DNA of 64,000 nucleotides from a virus. Below the pieces are notes generated by a model. The model did no database searches. It saw only the letters and a list, made by a program, of their open reading frames with translations, and was not told the DNA's origin. The translations under genes and the position numbers were made by a program. Below are positions 29,066 to 36,820 of the stretch, one piece after another (position 1 is the stretch's first letter; the number at the start of each line of letters is the position of its first letter). The stretch is from the IMG/VR virus record IMGVR_UViG_3300029394_000152; one strand, written 5' to 3'.

Positions 29066-29383
29066 TCATTCTTGTTCCTCTAAGCGCTTGCGAAAGGCTT
29101 TGCTCACGGTGTCGTACTGCTTGTTCAGAACATCGTTGCCGTGGTCGTACTCGCTTGCCCACGAAAGCAGCTTGTCGGACAGACACCGGCAGGCAGCCGC
29201 CATGCAGGCGCAATATTCGTTGTGGGTGTTGGGCAAGGGAAAGCTGCGCAGGATGTACATTTCATCGAAAACGGTATGCCGGACTTCAATGCGCCCGTTC
29301 CAGATCGTTATGTTGACAGTGGCTAAGTGGCGGCAGGAAGTGACCCTGTGCAGGACTGAGAGAAAGCGTTCGTTGGTTGTCAT
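29066..29383 (-). CDS. hypothetical protein (cassette array member)
   Basis: conserved leader cacgaaaaggagcaacgaacc before the ATG. Confidence 0.45.
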   Translation of the reverse strand: MTTNERFLSVLHRVTSCRHLATVNITIWNGRIEVRHTVFDEMYILRSFPLPNTHNEYCACMAAACRCLSDKLLSWASEYDHGNDVLNKQYDTVSKAFRKRLEEQE

Positions 29384-29414
29384 GGTTCGTTGCTCCTTTT
29401 CGTGGTGGTGATGT

Positions 29415-29603
29415 TCAGCGTGCCGGGCGGCGCTGGAAGATAAAGCCGGGGTTGTGCTCGGTCATCCATGCAACGGCATAGTCGGCTTGCTCCTTGAGGA
29501 AGCGCGGCGCGTATACCTTGCCCATGCCGCGGGTGCCTTTCCATGGATTGCAAAGCGTGAAGCGCTTTTCGTTGGGGCCTTTGCAGTAAATGAAGTAGTA
29601 CAT
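29415..29603 (-). CDS. hypothetical small protein (cassette array member)
   Basis: 62 aa from the MYYFIY start; leader cacgaaaggacgaaacga. Confidence 0.4.
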   Translation of the reverse strand: MYYFIYCKGPNEKRFTLCNPWKGTRGMGKVYAPRFLKEQADYAVAWMTEHNPGFIFQRRPAR

Positions 29604-29706
29604 TCGTTTCGTCCTTTCGTGATTCACCCCGGCGGGGCAGTGGATCGGCATTCAACCGACTACAAAATGAAGTCAATTCTCCTATTTTCCCCGGCGGAGC
29701 GGTCTG

Positions 29707-29964
29707 TTAGCAGATGCTTTGCGCAATTTCGTGCAGCGTCTTTTCCTGATCCCGGAGATAACGCGCATTGTCGGCGGCGTGGATGAACTTTGGGGAACCG
29801 TCCTCGTTCGTTTCAAGGGCCAGCCTTTCCCACGCTTCAATTTCACCGTTGCGGTACTTCGTGGAAGTGAGAAGGTAGAAATACAGGGTGTTCCACTGGT
29901 CAGCGGTGAGGGTGACGGTGCGCAGACCGCCGCCGGATTCGGTGCTTTGCTGTTTGGCTGTCAT
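29707..29964 (-). CDS. hypothetical protein (cassette array member)
   Basis: leader cacgaaaacgaaaaggagc. Confidence 0.45.
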   Translation of the reverse strand: MTAKQQSTESGGGLRTVTLTADQWNTLYFYLLTSTKYRNGEIEAWERLALETNEDGSPKFIHAADNARYLRDQEKTLHEIAQSIC

Positions 29965-30070
29965 GGTTCATAGCTCCTTTTCGTTTTCGTGATGTTCCCG
30001 ACATTTATGCCGGGAAGATGGGGCGGGGCCGCTTTGAATCGGTGCGGCCCTGCTGGGGTGTCCGCTTTTA

Positions 30071-30991
30071 TTATTCGTTTTCGTTGCCGTCCAGAAACTC
30101 CATGACACGGTGCGCTGCATATTTGGCGTTTGCGGTAAGCTGGCGCTGCCAAGCGCCCTGACTGGGTGCCCACCGGAAACCGTTCTCTTTGAGCATGGCG
30201 CGGGTTTCGTCGTCCGGCTTTCCGGGAAAGATGAATTGCACGCGCATGATTTCGTTGTTCTCACGGTAGGTGTAGCCGTCGTGCTGATCTTCAACGGGGC
30301 CGGATGCAGCGGAGGCTTGCGCTTTGTCGAGTTCGTCAAGGCGGGTCTGAATCCGCTTGATCTTGCCGCGGATACTGGTCAACTCAAAATCGTCGTAGGG
30401 CTTGCGGTACAGGCTCATTGAAAAGGCGTCCGGGCTGGTGAGGGCATCGGCTGCCGCGTCGCTCATGTTGGAATAGCCGCGCAAGGTTTTGTGCTTCCGG
30501 TAATAGGCATTGGCACCCTTGCAGTATTCGAGCAGGTCTTGCTCTTTGTTCAGCTGATCCGTGAGCAGTTCGCGGGCGTGGGGGTCGGCCAGATCAACGG
30601 GGCCGGTGCCAACCGCCTTGATTTTCGTCAAGATGGCTTCGATTTCTTCATATTCGTGCCAAAGCGTATCCTCGCGGGCGTTCTGCTTCTGCTTCTTTCG
30701 CACCGGGAAGTTACCAGCACCGCACACCAGCACAGAGGGGCAGCTTGCACCGTTCCGGTTGTGGTCGTCCGTCCACTGTGCAAGGCGGCGGGCGTAGCTG
30801 TCAAGCAGCGCGTCCAGCTTTTCGTGATAGTATGGGCTGACTTTCTGCTTCTTTTCTTCGACCAGAGCGGCGGCATTGTCCACGCTGGCACGGTATTCTC
30901 TGGTTGCATAGCCGTCCGGATAGGTGCTCATGCTGCGCATATTGTGGGAAGCACGGGCCAGATTTTCGTTGATGGGATAGTATGTTGTCAT
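30071..30991 (-). CDS. hypothetical protein (cassette array member)
   Basis: 306 aa from the MTTYYPINEN start; leader cacgaaacgcgaaaaggagc; GC-rich hairpin abuts the stop. Confidence 0.5.
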   Translation of the reverse strand: MTTYYPINENLARASHNMRSMSTYPDGYATREYRASVDNAAALVEEKKQKVSPYYHEKLDALLDSYARRLAQWTDDHNRNGASCPSVLVCGAGNFPVRKKQKQNAREDTLWHEYEEIEAILTKIKAVGTGPVDLADPHARELLTDQLNKEQDLLEYCKGANAYYRKHKTLRGYSNMSDAAADALTSPDAFSMSLYRKPYDDFELTSIRGKIKRIQTRLDELDKAQASAASGPVEDQHDGYTYRENNEIMRVQFIFPGKPDDETRAMLKENGFRWAPSQGAWQRQLTANAKYAAHRVMEFLDGNENE

Positions 30992-31083
30992 AATTCGTTT
31001 GCTCCTTTTCGCGTTTCGTGTTGTGCCTTTCGGCTGGGATCGGGTCGCTTTACGGTGCGGCCCGTCAAGGTATCCGGCGCGGA

Positions 31084-31569
31084 TCAGATGCACCACGGCG
31101 CGGCGTTGTATGCTGCATTCTGCTGGGCGGCGAATGCGTACAAGTGGTTTGAAGTCTTTACAAGCGCTTTCTGTAAATTCGTGTCTGCCGTGGCCTGTTC
31201 TTCGCACTGGTAAATGTAGCAGTCAAGCAGCTTCAGGAATTTGAAGAAATCAGCATCGAGAAAATAATGCTCGTTGTAGTCCAGACGGTGCAGCAGGTGC
31301 GGCACATTGTCCGGAATGGCTGGCACTTCGTCGGTTTCGTCCGGCTCTGCCTTATAGCGCCCTTCATACGCGGCTTCGTTGTGCCGGTACAGAACGGGGT
31401 AGATTCGACGGTCGTCATACAGAAAATCGTGCGGGTATTTGCAAGCGCCCAGAGCGTCGCGCAATTCGTCGGCGGCGGAAAGCTGGCACATTTCGGATTG
31501 ATTGAGCAGGTACGACAGACCGTGCGCAACGGTGGCGATGTGGGCGGGGGAAAGCATCATGCAAGACAT
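31084..31569 (-). CDS. hypothetical protein (cassette array member)
   Basis: 161 aa; AGGAGG RBS. Confidence 0.45.
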   Translation of the reverse strand: MSCMMLSPAHIATVAHGLSYLLNQSEMCQLSAADELRDALGACKYPHDFLYDDRRIYPVLYRHNEAAYEGRYKAEPDETDEVPAIPDNVPHLLHRLDYNEHYFLDADFFKFLKLLDCYIYQCEEQATADTNLQKALVKTSNHLYAFAAQQNAAYNAAPWCI

Positions 31570-31689
31570 AAATTCAAGCCTCCTGTTTTCGTTTTTCGTG
31601 TTTCGTGACGATCCCCCGGCGGGGTGCCGGTGGGAAGTGGGGCGGGGCCGCTTTGAACGGTGCGGCCCTGCTGGGGTCTCCGTTTCGTG

Positions 31690-32631
31690 TTATGCAAAGC
31701 AAAGCTGCTGCACGGTGGGAACCATTTCGGGGGTCTTTGCCTTTTCCAGATTGTCAAGGGCCATTACAAACGCGGCGGCTTCGCGGTCGCTGCTGATAAG
31801 GTCGCCCATGTATTTATTGAACTTCTGGACGGTGGCGGCAAACTGGGAATCGTTGGCGCTCATTTCGTCGAACTTGTCCACGGCGTCGTAAAACTCGCCG
31901 CTCTCGTGGTCGTCGTCGGTCTGGTACAGGCGGGAATAGTTCTTGACGAAAGCGTTTTTCAGTTCTTCCATGTCCGGCCCGGTGGGTTTCGTTTCGGCTT
32001 TCTTTGCCGGGGCCTTTTTGGCGGTGCGCTTCGTGGCCTTTTTCGTGGGCAGCGGATCGACGTGCACCAGTTCCGGCAACTCGTGGTGTTCTTCGGTGAT
32101 GATCGGGGCGGTGGCTTCGGCCTTTGCCTTTTCGGCGGCGGCTTTCGCTGCTTTCCGTTCGGCTGCCAGCTTCTTGTTATACTCGATGATTGCAGCGGTC
32201 GATCCAAACCGGCCAGCCGGGGCGGGCTTGCTGCTTTCAACCTGTAAGCAACTGAACAGGTGCGATTTCGTGGGGTAGTAATGCGGATCGGGGGCCGCTT
32301 CCTTGCCCTCTGCCGCTGCTTTTTCTCGCTGCTCTTTGCTGGGCTTCGTGGTGTACTTCCAGAGGTAGCAGCAAACAAGATGCTTTTCACCCTTTTTGAC
32401 GCTCTTACCCTCTTTCTTCCAGTGGTCGAATGTGTGCAGCTCGTCGGCTGCAAGCATGATTTCGACATCGGCCACGGTGGCGGGCTGTTCGTTGCCGTTC
32501 TCGTCGGTGGTTTTGCAAGCGGCGGCAATGGCGGCGATCTCGTCCGGGGTGTGGTGCGCGGTGGCGATGGCGTGCAGGGTGGCAGGGTCAAGCCGGGCGG
32601 CTTCGTTGCGGATGATCTGATTGTTCGTCAT
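31690..32631 (-). CDS. ArdC-N (DUF1738)-like ssDNA-binding domain protein
   Basis: motif LHTFDHWKKEGKSVKKGEKHLV resembles the ArdC_N TF.QW..G..V.KGEKG signature; Ala/Lys-rich linker and a C-terminal domain. Confidence 0.35.
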   Translation of the reverse strand: MTNNQIIRNEAARLDPATLHAIATAHHTPDEIAAIAAACKTTDENGNEQPATVADVEIMLAADELHTFDHWKKEGKSVKKGEKHLVCCYLWKYTTKPSKEQREKAAAEGKEAAPDPHYYPTKSHLFSCLQVESSKPAPAGRFGSTAAIIEYNKKLAAERKAAKAAAEKAKAEATAPIITEEHHELPELVHVDPLPTKKATKRTAKKAPAKKAETKPTGPDMEELKNAFVKNYSRLYQTDDDHESGEFYDAVDKFDEMSANDSQFAATVQKFNKYMGDLISSDREAAAFVMALDNLEKAKTPEMVPTVQQLCFA

Positions 32632-32735
32632 GGTAAATACTTCCTTTCAATTTTTGTTGTGGTTCTTCCCGGCGGGGCCGGGTGGATGGGATCGGGTCGC
32701 TTTTCGGTGCGGCCCGTCAAGGTATCCGGCGGGGA

Positions 32736-32948
32736 TCATGCGAGAAGTTCAGCGGCGGCGGTTTGATAGTCGGGAAACTCGTAGAACGTGCGCTGTTCGT
32801 CGTTCGTGTTCTCGTTCGTGATGCGGGCGACGATCCGCCGCCCCGTGTTCATGTCCCACCCCTCAAGCCGGAACCCGGCGGACAACAGGCGGCGGGCGGC
32901 GTGGTTTTCGTTGCGGCATTCGTTGCGGATTTCTTCAAGGGTTTTCAT
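32736..32948 (-). CDS. hypothetical small protein (cassette array member)
   Basis: 70 aa; AAAGGAG RBS. Confidence 0.4.
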   Translation of the reverse strand: MKTLEEIRNECRNENHAARRLLSAGFRLEGWDMNTGRRIVARITNENTNDEQRTFYEFPDYQTAAAELLA

Positions 32949-32966
32949 GTTGTGCGCTCCTTTCGT

Positions 32967-33308
32967 TCAATCGTCGATCCCGTCGCAATCGTGACAATAC
33001 AGGGCATCAATAACGCGGTCGTCGCTGAAGTCGTCCGGGGTTCCGTTAGCATCGACCACAAGATCGATCCGGTCATTGATCCGCAATTCGGTTTCGTTGT
33101 CCACGATGAAAAACCAGTCGTCACCGTCCAGCGCGTCACTGCACCAGACTTCAATCTGGTTTTCGTTGGTGGCGGTCATGCCTTGCACAATGGCCGGGGC
33201 GATATACCGCCCCAAAGGGCCGACTTTGTAGGGACAGGCGGCAGCGGCGCGGGGTGCGCCGGACAGCAGCGCGGCGGCAAGTGCGGCGGCGGTCAAAATT
33301 CGTTTCAT
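32967..33308 (-). CDS. secreted Asp-rich small protein (signal peptide)
   Basis: MKRILTAAALAAALLSGAPRAAAA signal sequence followed by a D-rich region. Confidence 0.45.
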   Translation of the reverse strand: MKRILTAAALAAALLSGAPRAAAACPYKVGPLGRYIAPAIVQGMTATNENQIEVWCSDALDGDDWFFIVDNETELRINDRIDLVVDANGTPDDFSDDRVIDALYCHDCDGIDD

Positions 33309-33426
33309 GGTTGTTTCTCCTTTTCGTTTCGTGGTGTGGCTTTTCGTGCTTTTCCCCGGCTATTGTCGGGGCGTGGGATCGGGTCGCTTTTCGTGGTGCG
33401 GCCCGTCAAGGTATCCGGGGCGGCGT

Positions 33427-33831
33427 TCATGCCGGAATGTTGTAAATCTCGTTGAAGATGTCCAGCGCGTCGAGATCGGCGGCTTTCTGTCGTGCTGCAT
33501 TCACCGCGCCGCGGTCGTCGTGGCCGTTGAAGTGGTACGCTTCAATAAAGGCGTTGCGGATCAGATCGGCGGTGTGCTGGTGCTCCTGCAGCGCTTCCCA
33601 TTCGGCCCGGTCACGGATCAAAATTGTACAAGTCCATGCGCAAGAGCTGAAAGCCTGCAGAACGTCAACGTGAAACGATTTGCACCGGTTCAGCGCGGCG
33701 GTGATTTGGTCGCGCTCCTTGCGATCCATCGGAACGATGGAATAGGCGGGAATGTACCAGCCAGAAACGGGGGAGATGTTCCACCCGTGCCGGGCGGCGA
33801 TCTGGTTTACTTTCTTGTCAAATGCGGTCAT
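33427..33831 (-). CDS. hypothetical protein (cassette array member)
   Basis: 134 aa from the MTAFDKK start; AAAGGAG RBS. Confidence 0.45.
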   Translation of the reverse strand: MTAFDKKVNQIAARHGWNISPVSGWYIPAYSIVPMDRKERDQITAALNRCKSFHVDVLQAFSSCAWTCTILIRDRAEWEALQEHQHTADLIRNAFIEAYHFNGHDDRGAVNAARQKAADLDALDIFNEIYNIPA

Positions 33832-34031
33832 GTTCTCGATCTCCTTTTGATTTTGGTTTTGACCCGGCGGAATGCCGGACCCCATGAGCGCCCGCCCCGT
33901 TTGGGGCGGCTGGACTTGCACCAGCGGCGGCGGATGCCGTCGGCCTTGCGGGGCGGGCTTGACTTCACTTCCTTTCGGTGGTAAAATCAGATTGCTTGAA
34001 AAAGTGCTTGTTCATGCGAACAAGTAGGCTG

Positions 34032-34139
34032 TCAACCGGTGGTGCGGTTGGCGGCTTTTTTCTTTGCCCATTCAGCCATGAGCGCGGCCCAAACGGCACG
34101 CTTGACGGCTTTCGGCAGCTCGAAAAAGTGTTTATTCAT
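34032..34139 (-). CDS. hypothetical 35-aa peptide (first gene of the array)
   Basis: AAAGGAGAA RBS; the MNKHFF start motif is repeated 130 nt downstream. Confidence 0.25.
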   Translation of the reverse strand: MNKHFFELPKAVKRAVWAALMAEWAKKKAANRTTG

Positions 34140-34172
34140 GCGGCTTTTCTCCTTTCGGCTTATTCAGCTTGC

Positions 34173-34308
34173 AACCCTGTACCGTGTCGCTCGCTGTGGC
34201 ACTACTCTAGCACGGTACAGGGTTGATTGTCAAGCCCTATACCGTGCTTTCTGCGTTTTGCACAAAACCCTATACCGTGCTTTGTGCAAATTGACACTGT
34301 ACAGGGTT
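34173..34308. promoter_or_regulatory. operator cluster: five 14-bp CCCT(G/A)TACCGTG sites in direct and inverted orientation
   Basis: AACCCTGTACCGTG, CACGGTACAGGGTT, AGCCCTATACCGTG, AACCCTATACCGTG and CACTGTACAGGGTT between the divergent array and the RHH gene. Confidence 0.55.
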
Positions 34309-34356
34309 GGGCGAAAATGCTATATTTTATATATAAAAATAAACAGGGGTAATATT

Positions 34357-34602
34357 ATGGCTGTATCAGCAAGAAAAAGACTGAATAACGACAAATACAA
34401 CGCAAAATGCACGCAAATAAACCTGAAACCGTTGACACCGGAAGCAAATGCAATAAAAGCCGCGGCAAAAGCGTCTGGGCAAAGCATACAGGGATATATT
34501 TTACAGGCCGTGCGGGAACGTATGGCAAAAGAGGGCCAGCCGTTGACGCTGGACGACTTGCCGGGGGCTGATTCCGTGGGCGGCGATTCCGTGAAACCGT
34601 GA
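34357..34602 (+). CDS. ribbon-helix-helix (CopG/Arc-like) regulator
   Basis: 81 aa; the TQINLKPLTPEANAIKAAAKASGQSIQGYILQAV region suggests an RHH beta-strand/helix signature. Confidence 0.5.
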   Translation: MAVSARKRLNNDKYNAKCTQINLKPLTPEANAIKAAAKASGQSIQGYILQAVRERMAKEGQPLTLDDLPGADSVGGDSVKP

Positions 34603-34789
34603 AAAGCGGGGAAGAAGGGGGACTATAGGGGGTTACTGGGGCGGCATATAGCCTAGTTAACCCTTACCACTGCAGCGATATGCCGTTAAGTGAAGAATCT
34701 GACCCCTTCGGCAAACAGCAAAAACAGCCCTGCACCGGGGCGACAACAGCAGCAGAAAAGGCCGGGACGACCGACGCACAACGCGCCGC

Positions 34790-35215
34790 CGCCCCGGCCT
34801 TTTTTCTTTTTGCCCGCTATGCCGGGCCGCTCACACTGCACCGCCTGCAGCAGCCAGCGCCCGCCGCGCACCGGCTGCACCGGGCATTCCGCCGCCGCCC
34901 TGCCTGCTGCATACCATGCCAGCGCCGCCCGCCTGCCCTATGCCAGCATACAGCAGACCGCCGCGCCCTACTGCACCGCCTGCACACTGCCAGCCATGCA
35001 GCAGCCAGCACCGCCCGCCGCCTTGCCGCGCCTGCCAGATCGCCGCCGCGCCCGGCCTGCTTTGGGGCGGATCGCTGGCCCGCTGGCCCCGCCCGCCTGC
35101 CGGATCGCCGCCGCGCTGGCGCTGCCCGGCCCGCCGCGCCGCCTCTTGCAATGACCCCGCGCCCGCCGCCCGGCGCCGGGCCGATGACCACGGCCCGCCC
35201 GCCCCGCGCCCGTAG
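34790..35215. repeat. about 78% GC low-complexity repeat-rich non-coding tract upstream of terS (candidate pac/cos region)
   Basis: GCCGCC/CCGCC-rich; repeated caccgcctgca...cagcagccagc blocks about 130 bp apart; only mutually overlapping spurious ORFs. Confidence 0.4.
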
Positions 35216-35476
35216 GTACTGGGAGCGGCGTTTCAATCCTTTACGGGTCCGAAAGCCCGAAAATTTTCTAGGTATAAACGGATTTTTGCCCTTCCCCAGA
35301 AGGGGGTCTGAAAAAATTTAGGGGGATTTTTTGAAGAAAATTTTCAAAATGATGTATCGTGATGCCTTTTTCCTGCTATAATCGGTACAGTGATAGGTGC
35401 GAAGCTCCATGACATTCCGTCGTGGGGCTTTTTCTTTTGCGTGTATTTTGGAAACGGGGTGCAGGAGTGATGCCGG

Positions 35477-36238
35477 ATGCCGAAGCGGAACGACAAGCGC
35501 GACACCGCCAAGGCTGAGTACATCAAGCGGCGGCGGTCGGGCGAGAAAGTAAATCTCAAAGACCTTGCCGAAAAACTGGGCGTGACATACGGCACCGTCC
35601 GCAACTGGAAACGCATTGACCAATGGGACGATGCGGTGGAGCGCAAGCGCGGGGGACAGCCCGGAAACAAAAACAGCCGGGGCAAGAGGAATGCCAAGGG
35701 CAATCCCGGCGGCGGTGCGCCGAACGGAAACACCAACGCAGAGAAGGACGGTGCATATAGCACGGTTCACCTTGAACGTTTGAGCCAAGAGGAACGGGAC
35801 TGGCTGGATCAAATGCCGACCGGTGCAAACGAGAACAACATTTATGAGTTGAAGCTGCTTCGGATTCAGCAGCGGCACATCATGGAACGGATCGCAGAGT
35901 ATGAAAGCTGCGACCCGGAAAAGCTGTTCACTGCATCCATCACCGATATGCGAAAACCGGGAAAGGACAAAGACGGGAAGCAGGCGGACGGAGCTGTGCA
36001 GAAGATGGTCATGGATAACAAGGACAGTGCCTTTGTTCGAGTGACCCAGCTGCGGGAGGCCCTGAACAAGGTCTCCGGCAGAATTATTTCCCTGACCACA
36101 CAAATCCGTCAGCAGGAAGAATTTGAAAAACGGTACGCTCTGGAACTGGAACGCCTTGACATTGCAAAGATGCGGGCGACCGGTGAGGTGGATGTAGACC
36201 CGGAGGGAGGGACAGAGGATGAAACTGTACACGACTAA
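35477..36238 (+). CDS. terminase small subunit
   Basis: N-terminal HTH LKDLAEKLGVTYGTVRNWK and coiled-coil C-terminus; sits upstream of terL. Confidence 0.7.
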   Translation: MPKRNDKRDTAKAEYIKRRRSGEKVNLKDLAEKLGVTYGTVRNWKRIDQWDDAVERKRGGQPGNKNSRGKRNAKGNPGGGAPNGNTNAEKDGAYSTVHLERLSQEERDWLDQMPTGANENNIYELKLLRIQQRHIMERIAEYESCDPEKLFTASITDMRKPGKDKDGKQADGAVQKMVMDNKDSAFVRVTQLREALNKVSGRIISLTTQIRQQEEFEKRYALELERLDIAKMRATGEVDVDPEGGTEDETVHD

Positions 36239-36722
36239 GATCGTTGCACAGTATCTCGACCTGTCCGAACGCCGGGTGCGGCAGCTCCGAGACGAGGGCG
36301 TGCTGGAAGAAAAGGCCCCCGGCCTTTACGACCTGCGTTCCAGCGTCCGACGGTACATCAACTACCTGCGGGGCGACGAGGGCGGCAAAGCTGACCTCAA
36401 CGAGGAACGGGCGAAGCTGACCAAGGAAAAACGGATCGCCGCCGAAACCGAGAATAAAGTTCGCAATGGGGAACTGTACCGGAAATCTGACATCACGGTT
36501 GGCATGACCACCGTTGTTATGAACCTGCGCTCAAGGCTCCTTGCCCTGCCCAACAAGTTGGCTGCAAACATTGCCAAGCTGGACGGTGATGAGGGCAAGA
36601 TCATGGACTTATTGCAAAGTTCCCTCTATGAGATCATGGAGGAATTTTCTAATTATCAGGTGGCGTTGCAGCCGCCAAAGGATGATGAAGAAGATGAACA
36701 AGACGGAGAAGAAACCGGATAA
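36219..36722 (+). CDS. MerR-like HTH DNA-binding protein (packaging-associated)
   Basis: AQYLDLSERRVRQLRDEGVL HTH; acidic C-terminus. Confidence 0.5.
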   Translation: MKLYTTKIVAQYLDLSERRVRQLRDEGVLEEKAPGLYDLRSSVRRYINYLRGDEGGKADLNEERAKLTKEKRIAAETENKVRNGELYRKSDITVGMTTVVMNLRSRLLALPNKLAANIAKLDGDEGKIMDLLQSSLYEIMEEFSNYQVALQPPKDDEEDEQDGEETG

Positions 36723-36820
36723 GCCCGGCGGCGCTTGCAAGCACTGCCCGTGGGGCAAACGCATCCACCAAAGGCTGATCCTGTGTATGTTCCCAGCCTG
36801 CGTAAGAGGTGAACCGAAAC

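Noticed and set aside
28585-34140. Integron cassette array with attC sites
   Set aside because: No IntI-type tyrosine recombinase nearby, and the intergenic repeats lack R''/R' GTTRRRY cores; reported as an integron-like but distinct repeat-punctuated array.
34680-35320. Cluster of 100-215-aa ORFs in several frames on both strands
   Set aside because: All lie in the 78% GC low-complexity tract, overlap one another, and lack RBSs; treated as a non-coding repeat region.
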